DNA of 62,912 bases, filler included, from Collodictyon triciliatum (lineage: Eukaryota): NCBI GenBank assembly GCA_043381765.1. It is 7 parts of 7 records of this genome, joined end to end, with 100 filler letters (N's around TTAATTAATTAA, not from the genome) between each part and the next. Parts side by side here need not be neighbours in the genome. Positions count along the whole stretch, not along the records: positions 9,712 to 19,321 come from JBHJMP010002948.1; positions 19,422 to 32,605 come from JBHJMP010002949.1; 5 more parts are not named here. One strand, given 5' to 3'. Position 1 is the stretch's first letter; each line of letters starts with the position of its first letter. The notes beneath the pieces were generated by a model that did not search any database, was not told where the DNA came from, and was given only the letters and a program-made list of their open reading frames with translations. Position numbers and translations under genes: made by a program. This document shows, piece after piece, positions 16,828 through 30,280 of the stretch.

Positions 16828-18773
16828 TTACGAGCTTGAAACCCCAAGACAAGACATCATCCAATCGAAACAAGAAACTGGAAGAAGCCTCATGATGTAA
16901 ACAAGGCTAGAGCTCTGGGGCATGGTAACTTCGCACTTTCGGTTTTTCACTGCTTGCAAAACCTCTTTTGCAACCTCATATTTGGTCAGAGTTAAATCAT
17001 CTTGCCTTTGCATAATTCACTTAACTGATCATGCATTTTTTTTTAATTCTTTTCCCTTTTTTTCTCGTAGTGGGGATAAGGTATTGATTCTGATTATGCT
17101 TACCTGCAGTGGGCTCAGAGGCGGAGTTAAACAATTATTTGCTTTATAACCTTCAAACATACCTATCAAATAGATTTATTTAGCTGGGTGTGTCTATGAG
17201 TCTAACAAAACGGAGGGAAAGCTACTAATCTTCTTTCCTACGTACATGGTGTTCTCCGATTGATACAGAATGGCATCTTTTTGTTGCATAGGACAGAAAA
17301 TTAGATAATGTGCTACCTGTGGTTATGTAAGCAGGACATATGACTGTGGTGTGTATATTTTTCCTCATGTGTTTCAATTCAAGACGCAGAGCTTCGTTGA
17401 AACCGAAGCAAGCAAATTTTGATGCAGAGTAGTCTGTCATACCAGACGCTCCAACGATGCCAGCAGCAGAGCTTATAGTTACAATATGGCCTGTAGACTG
17501 TATTTATGAGATAATCTGAAAAAATTGAATAATATGATATTTTCTATTTGTGAATTCTTTATATTCATTTTTTTTGAGCACCGGGCACTATTTATTTTAC
17601 AATAGTGTCTTAATTTTCTTATCATAATGAGTTGCTCGTGAATAAATCCAACACTCATTTTTATTTGCAAATTTACCTGAGTTTGTTTCTAGCATTGCTG
17701 GTAAAAAGGCTCTGACAGTCCAAAAGTGTGCCAGAGTATTTACTTCAAATGTTCTTATTATCTGGTCGTCACTTTTTTCCATTAACTTTCCACCAGACAC
17801 AATGCCCTAATGCATGATGATTTGTTTCACATATCAAGTAATTTCTGTAAATATGTGCATTTAATCCCTCCGTGGGTCAAAGTTTATAGAATTTGAAAAA
17901 TGGGTGATAAAAAACTAAGAAAATTACTGCATTGTTAATCAGGATATCCACTCTTCCGACATCTTTCAACACTTGCGCAGCTATTTCTGATACCTTTTAT
18001 TGGATGTATGCAGTTTCACTCTCTGTTTAAATACTGCTTCAGGTAATAATCTGATGGACAACCGTCGAAACGATTTTAAATATTCCAAAAAAAGTTTCAA
18101 GATATCTAGTACAATATAATTCCATCAGATTAAATAAAACTCACATTAAAGCGATCAGCAACATCGCACTGGTAGAAATGAATCTCACAAGAGGGATTCT
18201 TTTCTTTTATATTCGTTGCTATCTGCCACGTATCGTGGTTTGAAAAAAATGCTCACACTGAGACAGCTCCAATGTATTGTATAGAAATCATCTCACAATA
18301 TATGTTGTATTCAATAACGTATAATTTATTTCTTCTTGGATTCATCTATCTGACGCAAACATTGTGAACGGCGTCCAAGCGAATATCCCATAAAACCAAC
18401 CGCACGTTCTCTTTTGCAAATAGCCTGCATGCAAAATATCATTAAGAGGTCCTTTTTATTTCTTTTTGGCTTCCATTCGTTAATTTGTCCATTTATCTGC
18501 TCATATAAAAATATGTTAAAGAAACACTAGGGCAAGACTTGAAAGGATATTAATCATTATCAACCGCCCAGTCAACCTTATATATATATGTACAATAATA
18601 AAGTATCACGCCACATTTTGTAGTCGTGTATATGCATAATCATTCGAGTAAGATAGACAGTCGTTGTCTTGGGTGCGTAGGTGAATTAGGTCAAGCGCAA
18701 ACTTAGCCATTTCGCATCCGATTCCCATCCCAGCCCCCGTGATCAGAACGACCTTTCCAGTGAGCTCCCTCAT
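16828..18773 (-). CDS. Classical short-chain dehydrogenase/reductase, SDR16C-like (RDH10/HSD17B11-type)
   Basis: MRELTGKVVLITGAGMGIG (TGxxxGxG), YQCDVAD, VDILINNA|GIVSGG, FEVNTLAHFWTVRAFLPAML and catalytic DYSASK. Exons join in phase to a TAA stop. Confidence 0.9.
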
Positions 18774-19254
18774 AAAGTGATATCAGTCAAGAGTTATCAC
18801 AAGCGTGGCTTAGTCCGGCTGCTAAAAAAAAAAAAAAAAAGCGCTTGTAAAATAAGAAGAGGGTTCCATATAAAGCTTTCAAATACCAACATTCCTTCCC
18901 CTGACCAACAATAGGATAAGGTTTAACAGGGGAAGGAACGAGGGGGAGGCAATAGAGAAGTAGGATGAAGCATCGGCCCAGCGTCAACAAAATGGTTGCT
19001 TCATGCCGGGAATCTAAAGCCTTAAGTAAAGACCAAGCAGTCGTTCCTTCGATCGCTCATCGGAGCAAGTCGAACACGCGGGGAGCCGTTCCAGTTCTTC
19101 AGCGCTGTTTTTTTTTTTTTTTTTTGACAAAGTGCCTAACAGTCACTACCTGTCACTCGCAGGCTATCATCTACGCTATTCTCGTTTTGGAACAATCAGG
19201 GCGCAACGCAGGGGCGCTGTTCGATCCGGAGTTGTTGGTTTGTGCTCTCAAAGG

Positions 19255-19317
<63 letters not shown>

Positions 19318-20236
19318 TTTTNNNNNNNNNNNNNNNNNNNNNNNNNNNNNNNNNNNNNNNNNNNNTTAATTAATTAANNNNNNNNNNNNNNNNNNNNNNN
19401 NNNNNNNNNNNNNNNNNNNNNTGTTTTTTTGTTTTTTTGTTTTTTTGTTTTTTTGTTTTTTTGTTTTTTTGTTTTTTTGTTTTTTTGTTTTTTGTTTTTT
19501 GTTTTTTTGTTTTGTTTTCTTTTCCGAAGCGATCTAACTCCAGTCAGAAACATGGACTCTGATGCAAGCAGATTGTGTGGCGAAGAATCGCCGAATGGAT
19601 ATTTATGGAAAATATAGAAAAAAATCCTCAATTTATATTGACATTCAATCAAGGCTGTCTAGTAAAATAAATTCTTGGCTGCAACATGATGATATACACA
19701 CATACATTAAGTGATGAAGCAGCGTGCTTATCTACACGCACCAGACGTAGTTGCGATACGTTTGGGTAGCAATCAAAGCAGCACAAAAGCTTAGAAGAAA
19801 AGGGAGACAGATATGCATATTCAGTTTACACGACAAGGCTGTGATTATACAGCTAGAAGTTCCACTGAAAAAGTTCCTTTATTTTGATGATTGTTTTCAA
19901 GGCATTTCCGTCGCTAGCGTGCTACTCCGATTTTCCCAACGGACGGCCGGGATGTTAATCACGGAAAAGGAAAAGAAAGGTGCTGGTTGGTTCTGTCTTA
20001 ACCCAGACCAGAACTAGAAGCATCGGAATGATGGATTTATATTGAAAAGTAAATAGAAGAGATGTGACCTGGCGCACATCCGATTAAAATGCGCATAAAT
20101 CTAACAGCGTCTTCTGTCTTCTTTCATGGACTTTTGGTTTTTATTTTATTTTTCTCGTTCCTTTGGTGCCTCCTTTGATGCAAAACACAATCGGTGACGC
20201 TGGCCAGGGGAGTATCTAAAACTTATCCTCCGTTCT

Positions 20237-21723
20237 TTACAGACATTGCCAGACATGGACCGTTTCGTCCCAGGAGCAACTCGCAATCATACCCTCCTCA
20301 AACAAGTTGAAATCCAACCCAACAACAAATTCTGTGTGGTGATCGAACCGACGAAGTGCAGCAGAGGGATTCTCGGTGTCCCAAAGCATCAGACTCATGT
20401 CGCTATATTGATCAGCAACGGGGTTAAGGGTATATACTTTACCAAGTAAATCTTATAAAGAGAGGGCTACGAAATTGGAACTTAGATTCATCTTCCTATT
20501 GCTCCGTGCCTTTTTTTTTTCTCTTCTTCTTTCTATCAGATTTCAATTCGGTTGTGATTGTTATGACTATTACTATGAACACGACGCTAGCACATTTTCG
20601 GAGTGAGGAGACCATTTGAGTCTGCGAACAGCGTAAGTGTGTCCTTTCATTATTTGAAGTGGTCTGTCTGCCTGGCGTATATCCTTTGTTGGGGGAATAT
20701 ATGACAAATCATGCAATAAAATAGTGGACGAGAAAGTCGGTACTTTGATTTTTTTTAAGCGAAATTCAAGGTAATCGAAAGTGACACTCAATTCGACAGG
20801 AAGAAGAAAAAAAAGAAGTGATTTCTACGCAACTTACCCAAATCTTTATTGTTTTATCCACTGAGCCAGTGGCGATGATGTTTTCGTTGTATTTATTCCA
20901 GTCACAACATAGAATTTCGTAGTTGTGTGCATGTATTGTTTGCAAGGAGGAGTTGTCTAAGCGTCAATATTAAATCACATGAATGCCGAAGCTATATCAA
21001 GGTTAATGAAAATGAAGCTGATTTTAAGTAAATTCCGTAAGTGTGATGCAATAGTATAGACAGCTGAGATAGTTATTTGACAAACCAAGTGAGTTCCATA
21101 TCTTCAGCGTGCAATCACCAGAAACAGACGCAAAAGTATCTGCCATGACTGGAGACCAAATAGTCGAATAGACACAATATTTGTGTTCAGTATATGTGCG
21201 AATCGACACAGGAGAGTCTGGACTCCAGAGCTTTATAGAGTCATCCCAAGACCCAGTTATGAAAGTGTCCTTTGATTGTAAGTTCCAATCCACGCTGTAT
21301 GTCTTCCGTTTGATGGGCAAATAAAGAGAGAAATAAATTAATAATTTGGGCGGGATGGAAACAAATCAGTATATATACCGATTATTTCTCGTAATACACC
21401 TAGATTTTAAAAAGTCAATTATGATTGAGATCAAGTTAGAGCAATACGCATCCTACCTCATGAGTGTGCTCTTCGTATATTCGCAAGGGAAGATTTTCTT
21501 CTCCGTGTATATCCCACATTTTTACACTTCCATCCCCGCTGACTGCTACGAGAAGATTCTCGTTGTTTTCGCTCCAAGCACAGTCATATAGTCCATCCTA
21601 CACATTATTTTACAATCGTTTTCGGTCATATGCTTGTAAATCTTTGTTGAAAGAAAAAAAGTAAAGTAAGGGTAAGAATCAAGATACGATGAATGATAGC
21701 AGTAAGGAAATATGGTACAGAAA

Positions 21724-21814
<91 letters not shown>

Positions 21815-22433
21815 CGGAAGTTTAATCATTTATATGGTTTATCTACTACTTAATCACCTGAGTATCAAATGCACGGGCTGGTTGAATCTGTCCGCCACTC
21901 ACGTCAAAGACATACTGCCGCCCATTCCCGATGATTCCAAAGTGTTGTGCTGTGGCACACGCGAGTTTATGTCCTTCAGGGAACTCAAAAGGACTGAACT
22001 CAACCTAATTAATGAAAAAAATACACGATACTTAGAATATGATAGAGAAAGAAAGAGAATAAGAAAAGAGAATAAGAAAAGAGAAAAAGAAAGAGAAAAA
22101 GAAAGAGAAAAAGAAAGAGAAAAAGAAAGAGAAAAAGAAAGAGAAAAAGAAAGAGAAAAAGAAAAAGGAGAAAAAGAAAAAGAAAGAGAAAAAGAAAGAG
22201 AAAAAGAAATTTATAAAGAAAGAAAAGGAAAACAAAAAATAAAGAAACTGAAAAAAAAAAAGCGAGTCGTTTTCACATAACCCCAGCAAGACTCTTGGGC
22301 GCTTCTTGACAGGACGAAGTAGTATTTGAAATCTGTACTAGAGACAAGGAATCGTTCGAGTGTGACTCATGAAGGGAGACATAAAGTGGTTCCTTACAGA
22401 GTAGCCATTAAAGTCCGTATGGATCGAAGCCAT
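20237..22433 (-). CDS. PEX7: Peroxisomal targeting signal 2 receptor (WD40)
   Basis: MASIHTDFNGYS|VEFSPF...[99 protein letters not shown] and ASCSWDETVHVW*. Complete gene with GT-AG introns. Confidence 0.95.
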
Positions 22434-23105
22434 CGCCTTGGAGACTGAGCGTGAAACTGAAGATAAGGTTGAAAACAAAGAACTTTTGTCAGAAGCAGAG
22501 ACTTTCCTTTCTTTTCTTTTTTTCCTGATCTTCTCTCTTTCTTTTTTCATTTGTGAGAAGAGTCCGACGCCTTTGCGAGTGTCTCATTTGATTGGGTACG
22601 CTTTTACCACCACGACTCACGTATTGAGACTGTATGGCTCGTTGGTCATGGTGCGAAGGAAAGGAAAAGAAATAAAATAAAAGTAAAAATGACTCATTAC
22701 CCATGGCATATATGTCACTTCATTTATATTTCACATTTGACTCTTCTTCTTCATGATACTTACTATTCTTCTCTCTATTATATAAATTATATTAATATTT
22801 GCTCTTCGGTAATGAAGTCGGTTTTTTTTTCTAAATGAACTAATTAATTGATTATTTTAGTTTGTTTATTGTCTACTCCGTCGGGCCGATTATGTTCTGT
22901 GTGTTTGCTGAGCGCCACCGGCTTTAAAGCCCGAAGGTGGGCTCGTCTGATGATATTAGTGACTCTGTTTGCTGCGACTCCTCGAAAGCGACGAGACTTT
23001 GCGCATTGGCACATGCTTTTGTGATGAGTGATGGACGGTTGGTGATGGCTGCGTTGTGCGGTGCGAGGCGGATGATTCGTCACTTTTGCTGCTATTTACT
23101 CGCGT

Positions 23106-23475
23106 CTAACTCCGGATGGCACCTGTCGCACAACAGCAAATAATAAAATGAGTGCTCTGGCGCAGTTTCAATCCACTTGAAGCCACTTATGTATTATTAA
23201 TTGAAAATTGAGAAGTATGTTTGACTTTGTAAGTATGGGCTTGTCTATGTTGTGTTATTCTTACCATCAGACGTTTGCGCTGTGCTGTACATATAGTTTG
23301 AGTATTCTTGAGACATCATCGCCTCACGCGCATTGAGCTAGATTTTTACATAGAAATTAAAATACATGAATAAAGATGCTTTCAACCAAATATTCTTTTC
23401 ATTTTTTTTTTCTACGTTACGCTCGTCATGGCATCACACAAAATCAAGTGCCACAACAAAAAGTTTTGATGATTA

Positions 23476-23506
<31 letters not shown>

Positions 23507-26500
23507 CAAAACAAAACAAAACAAAACAAAACAAAACAAAACAAAACAAAACAAAACAAAACAAAACAAAACAAAAAGCAAAAAACAAAAAGGACTGTGA
23601 TAATGAATAAACGCAAGATAACATGCCTTTGCATATTCTGCATCGAAGCGCCCATCACGCTTCCACGCCTCGCCCTCCCACTGGTGCACACCCATTTGAC
23701 GAGCATACGCCGCATTCTGCACCATCGCCTTCTTGTCTGCAGCCATGTAAGGATACTGAGACGCATCTGCCGCGCCCATGAAAGGGCCGTGGCCCATATG
23801 TTCCTTGAGCCCGCCATTTGCAGAGCCGCCCCCAGGCGCGTTGCCCAGCGGCAGAACTGCATACTGCGAATGCATGGCCTGATACTGCTCCATGCTGCCG
23901 TACGCGTGCGCGAGGCCGCCCAAGTCAACATTGAGGCCCTGTGCCGCACTGAACGTGTGTCCAGAAAGCCCGCCCGCATGCGGGGTTATGTGCACGGCTG
24001 GCCCGGCTGCATTGAGGCTGTGTGCCTGGCTCGGATTCCAGGCGAAGTTGCCAGCAGTGCTTTGGACAGGCGCATTTGTCGGCCGCGCCAGGGCCAAGGC
24101 TGCCAGCGTCTCGTAGTTGCTTGCGTTATGCCAGATGTCGGACGAGCGTGAGGCCCACGCGGCCTCCGGTCCATTATGGCCGCTGCTTGTGTGGGTGGAT
24201 GAGCCGAGTCCGAACAGGAAATGCGACGACATTGGGACGTAGTCGGGCGCTGCCCAGATGTTCTCTTCCACGTATTGGATTGCGATTGTCGGCGGCTGCG
24301 TCGGGTTTGCAGCGTTGTTTGACTTGGTGACCTGAACCGGCAGGAGAGAAAAGGAGGTTGGGAAAGGGAACCAACTCGGCACAGTCACGCTTTGGACAAT
24401 CACTCTCTTTGGGATTTTGCTGCTGTTGCTGGCTGCATTTGAAGCCGCTACTGTGCTTGAATCTGACAATGTCTTGGGTTCTTCTGTCGTCTTTTCTCTT
24501 TCTTCGGCTCCAGCATTTGGTGTTTTCCCAGGCGGTTGAATCGGGGTGAGAGAGTTTTTCTTTGAGTGGCCAGAGGCTTGTGCGACAGGTTTCTTCGGTG
24601 CATCCTCGCTGGAGTCGGCTGGCAAAGTCTGATTGGTTTCGGCGGGGGGTGGTTTTGTTGGTGCTGCAGAGGTCGATTTGCCTTGAGGAGATGACGACAA
24701 AGATGAAGATGAATGAACAGACAGAACGCTTTCGCCAAGGTTCTCTGATGGATTCGAAGTGGACGCGCTTTCTTTGGTGGATGGCTCTCTCTTTGCCTTG
24801 GAATCAGTTTTTTGCTTCATGTTTGAGTCAGACTCGGGCTCGGTTCGGAGCGTGCTTGACATAACTGGGGCTTCTTGCTTGAGCTTGGGTGGGTCGATTG
24901 CCGTTGTTGTCGGAGACGGGGCTTTGCTCACCATCAGCACTTGGCTAGCACTTTCGGATTTAAGCGCCTCAACTGCGTCATAATTGGTCGAAACTGGGCC
25001 GTCTGCCAGGTTAATGACATTCGGCTGGATAGTGGGCGACAATGCTTTTCCTGGGGCAGATATGACTTTTTGGGACCTTGCAGCCCTGCAAATTGAAAGA
25101 ATTATGTAGAGCCCAGTGGTAATTAAATGAAAATGTGGACATGGGCCAATCATACAAAGGTTTTTGTAATAATATAAGTCTTCATAATATGATATGTCAT
25201 AATTGTTTGTTTCGTAAAAAAATAAATTAAAAAGGACTAAGTAGATGGCAACCCAGACATTAAAATACTTACCATGGGTTTGCTTTTGCTGCGGATGCTG
25301 AGTCCGTGGTATCTTTGTTAGATACGCTCTCTGTTGCGCTAGACCCTGCCTCTTCTGCACTAATAGAGTTGGGAACAGTGCTCGGAGAGTTTGTGGGCAT
25401 TTTCCAAGGAGCCTTTGTATTTGAAAAAAGTAAAATAAAAGAAAAAGTAAAGAAAAAGTAAAGAAAAAGTAAAGAAAAAGTAAAGAGAAAAGATAAAAGA
25501 TAAAAGATAAAATTAAGATAAAATCGTGCATGGTAGTCGAACTCGATTAAGCATATATAAAATAAGTTAAAGGTGAAACCGCAGGTGCTGGCTTCAGTTT
25601 TGTCTGTGAATCGCTTTTCTGCGGCGCAGGGGGCTTGGCTGGAAAGGTCAGAATGTTACTATCCAAAGACAAGAATGATTGAAATGGCATGATTCGCACC
25701 AAACCATCCTTTTAAGGGTCTATTGTCTTTGAATAACCTGTTGTTGCTGTGGTAGTCACGGTTGTGTTTACAGCTAACGCAGAAGCAGAGTTACTGCTAC
25801 TATTAATTGATATCGACCGGGCAACTAATGCAGCTCTATCAAACACCATAAAAAGTAATTAGATTGGTAATAATACCTGTAATAAAAAAAAAAGGAGTAA
25901 ACTTCTTAATCTGCGGAGCCTTCAAAGAAAAAAGAAATACTTTGATGTCGCGTGGGTCATGTCGTGGAATGCCTTCCTATTCGTAGTTTACACTTTGGTT
26001 AATCAAATAGGTTGGGGAATTATATGATAGTGGCAATATAAAGGTTATGAAATTATGGGGAAAAAACGATCCGGAACAGACGATTTTGCACCGATTGAAG
26101 TCATGTCATCTTTTGTAAAACTGTCCTCGTCAGGTCCGATTTCATGAAGATACATGCAGTCCGGGTTCGTGCATGGCTGGTATTTCAAAAAGAAACTGCA
26201 ATACTTTGAAGTTCCAAATGAAGCTCTGTTATATTTAGGAGGAAATGCGTTAGAAAAACAAAACAAAAAGGGTGATATGAGCAAAGGATACAAATACTCT
26301 GGTGGTCAGTATGTTTCTTCGTGTTATTACAAGGCGCCCAAGCATATACTGAACATACCTAACAACACGTCCATCGATTGTGAGCTTGTCAAAGTATTCA
26401 ATAGCTTCTCTAGCTTCCTCTCTCTTCGAGTACGTCACATAGCAACTTGCTGTAAGGTCATCTTGCATTTGCGAGCGCCCTCCAGGATTCTTGTTAATAA

Positions 26501-27323
26501 CAATCTTGACAATTTTGCCGTATTTCCCAAATAAGTCATCCCGACGAAGGGTCTGCCATCAATGTAGGTTAGTTTGCGAACAGTGTGCGAATAATACAAC
26601 TGTGGGCAACATGTCACGTATACAAAGACAAATAGAGTGAAGAAGTTTTGTGGCGTATTGCTAACTCGGTCCTTAATATATATATATACACATCATTTTG
26701 CGAGATGCTAATGTGCAATTACGTCTTCTTTAGCGAGCGAGAGTGGAAGACCGACTAGGTAGACGAGATTCCGCTGGATAACACGGACGTCTTGCAGAGC
26801 CTTCCTGTTTACCATGGTTTCTTTTTTTGAGGACTTATCCTTCCTCTGTCTATCTTGAACATACTTTAGCCTACAGTTTTGGTAGTATGATATCAACAAA
26901 ATGATTAAAATACGAGGCGTTTGGTTGACAAAGGGAGAAGATGAGAGGATAAAGTGTGGTTGAATCATGGAAACAAAATTTGATGTTATATTTCTCTCTT
27001 CTATTTTTTTCTCTGCTATATTTCATATCTCGCTTATGTGTCTTAATTACAGCTTTGGGTCAGGTGTCTTTGGAATAACTTCTTTGCTGTAATTCTGTCT
27101 GCACGCAGGACAACGATCGTTCAGGTCGTTTTTGATGTGATGCCAACACCATAAGCATACCTACAACGTCATCACACGAGAGCAAAGAGAAGAGAAGAGT
27201 AGAACGAGGAGAGAATGATTAAGAAGCTATTTTTGGTTCTCTATCATGTTTGTAAAAATGTGTGTATATTTAACTAGTCATATATAGAGAGCTATAATGT
27301 CAGAGCGGTGCTTGTGAAAGAAT

Positions 27324-27357
<34 letters not shown>

Positions 27358-27487
27358 AAACCTGGTATCCGCACGAACACGCTTGAAACTTGAGATCGGC
27401 AATACCCCACTCTTCCACACAAAGCGGGCAGTTCAGATCCAAGTCCTCGTCAGCCGCGGTGCTGCCTGTTGTCGAAGCCCGAGACAT
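23106..27487 (-). CDS. CNOT4: CCR4-NOT subunit 4 E3 ligase (C4C4 RING, RRM, C3H1 zinc finger, long low-complexity tail); 3' end approximate
   Basis: CPLCVEE...CSCGYQ|VCLWCWHHIKNDLNDRCPACR; DVRVIQRNLVYLVGLP; FGKYGKIVKIVIN; RASFGTSKYCSFFLKYQPCTNPDCMYLHE. The terminal exons are inferred from splice phase only. Confidence 0.9.
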
Positions 27488-27749
27488 TGTGTTTGCTGCT
27501 TTCTAAGGGGAGGCTGATTTTTCTTTTCTGGTACACTGGAGAGCTTCTGTGAGCAATAGCAAGTGCGGGTAAAGTACAATCGTGAGATAACGCCACCTGA
27601 TTATTTTTTTTTGGATCAAGCAGAGGGCGAGAGAAATGATCCTGTTGATTCATATTCTGGCCCCACTTAACAAATCATAACGACGAGGCATTTGTTATCG
27701 ATCGCCCAACAAGCAACCGCGAAGCAGGATGCTAGCTAACAGTGCTTAA

Positions 27750-27781
<32 letters not shown>

Positions 27782-28882
27782 GTCTTTTTTTATTATTTTT
27801 TTTGTTTTTTTTTATTTTATTTTTTGAGAATGATCGGTTTCTGGGCTTGTTGATCACATTTTCGATAGAAAGTTGCGCTTTGTAGGAGAAGTTCCAGAAG
27901 TTCATTGAAAAGTCACTCATTTGGAAGTGTGGATGTTTGTGGATTTAAGGTCGCGTTTCTGGAGAGTGATAGGCTGGACATGGCCTTCGGATGGTTGTTT
28001 GGCGCGGCCTGATTTAAAAATTAGTGCACAGAGGACGAAGTGAGTTAGAGAGTGCTGTTAAGATGCCAATATTTTTAAATTGGGTTTTCTCATTGATATC
28101 ATATTATCCATTAATCATGTTTTTTTTTCACATATTTTTTTCATATTTCATCTTTTTTTTTTAATTATCTCTTAAATGTATTCGTGTCATTTACCATTAT
28201 ACATTTCTTTCGAAAATTTTGGAGCAATATGAGGATTATTGAGCAAATGCGAATCTGCGCATGCCTTTTTACTTTATATGCCCAACATATAGCATGTCTA
28301 TAATTAAATAAAATCAAAATAGCACAAGATTAACCCAAAAGTCCATGTCACGAATTAAAACTCTAGTTTGCATATTTAAAGTAATCAAGAGTATTCATTT
28401 TCTTGGAAGTTAATCAATCTCTATAGGCCCAGCCACATTTTGAAACCCTGGTTTAATCTTAATGTGACCTAGATGAAATGAAACAAAGTCCATGAAAAGA
28501 TGAGAAGTAGCCATCCTTTCACAAAAAAAAGCTTTCTAATTAGCAAATCAGGTTGTATTTTGGTTGATAAATGAATTGTAAGACAAAGCAGTGGTGTATC
28601 TGATAGCACACTCTCAACCCGATTAATTCAAAGCTAAAAAAGCCTGTTGGAGCAATAATCAGAGCTAGGTCATGAGACATAGTGCGTTATCCATGATTTT
28701 TTTTCTTATTGTTAAACTAATTTTTCAAAGAAAGAGATATGCGGATTTAGAAAAATGTAGAAAAACACCAGAAACTAATCTAAGCACAGATTGGCAGTTC
28801 CTTTTATTGGGTTTGCCTTTTATTCTTTTGATTTTTTTCGAAATAACAATGACCCTGGTTCCAAAATACTACAAAAGCATAA

Positions 28883-29312
28883 ACATACATACATACATAC
28901 ATACATACATACATACATACATACATACATACATACATACATACATACATACATACATACATACATACATACATACATACATACATACATACATACATAC
29001 ATACATACATACATACATGCATACNNNNNNNNNNNNNNNNNNNNNNNNNNNNNNNNNNNNNNNNNNNNNNNNNNNNNNNNNNNNNNNNNNNNNNNNNNNN
29101 NNNNNNNNNNNNNNNNNNNNNNNNNNNNNNNNNNNNNNNNNNNNNNNNNNNNNNNNNNNNNNNNNNNNNNNNNNNNNNNNNNNNNNNNNNNNNNNNNNNN
29201 NNNNNNNNNNNNNNNNNNNNNNNNNNNNNNNNNNNNNNNNNNCATACATACATACATACATACATACATACATACATACATACATACATACATACATACA
29301 TACATACATACA

Positions 29313-29341
<29 letters not shown>
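28883..29341. repeat. (ACAT)n microsatellite spanning a 217-N gap
   Basis: Direct reading. Confidence 0.95.
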
Positions 29342-29344
<3 letters not shown>

Positions 29345-29632
29345 CGCATACATGAGCCAATCCGTCAGGCACATGTGTACAGTTTTCGAGAATTTTTATT
29401 CATATAGAGGTGTCGGACGGACTTAATAATCATTCAGATTTAGAATTATAATCACTTATGTAATTATAATAAACTTATGAAACTTGTGAGAGACCGAAAC
29501 AAATTATAATCATTCAATTTCAATTTTCTCATATGTTCCTGTCCCAAAGGAAATTAGGCACTAGAACATGAAGGATAGAGGCAATAATTTAGGTTTTTTT
29601 TTTAAAAAAAAAAACAGCCAAGATAAAAGTAA

Positions 29633-30184
29633 TCACTTTTTGTCCTTGACGCGCTTTCTCTTTTCAAGGAGTCTTTTCCTCTCGCAACAGATTGGTATAT
29701 CTGTGGTTTGGTCGATAAAGCTATGCCCACTTGTGGTATTGGTAACTATGTATCTTGAGATGAATGCATCCTTTTCTTCCTGGGACATTGTCTTCCACTT
29801 CGTACCGATAATACCCATAATTTCTTTGTTTGTCATGGAGGGGTTCTGCCGACGAACAGCAGGTCTGATGTAGTGACAAAATTCGAGGAAGGGGCGAATG
29901 GCTTTTTTTGCTGAGAAGTTAAGAGGGGCTTTTGAAGTATCTTGTGATTGTACCTGAGTTGAATATACTGAGTCATGAATCACAAACTGGTGGTCCTCAA
30001 TACCGCTTATTGTGAATCTTTGCTGTGCTTCAGTAGCTTGCTGTCGGGGAAGTGGCTGATAATCACCGGTAAATGGTAAATCAATGGCATTGGAGTGGGA
30101 GCTACTTTCTACATGGTTATTTTTTTAGCAAAAAATTCACGGCACATTATAAATCGACATATTCATCAAGCTTTCTGGGAGCAC

Positions 30185-30280
<96 letters not shown>

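Noticed and set aside
19163-19237. Possible plus-strand exon AIIYAILVLEQSGRNAGALFDPELL
   Set aside because: It has plausible splice sites, but no start, partner exon or homology could be established before the scaffold ends.
20573-20578. Apparent premature TAG in PEX7 suggesting stop-codon reassignment
   Set aside because: An intron splits the codon (TA|gtaata...atatag|C = Tyr). All reconstructed genes fit the standard code.
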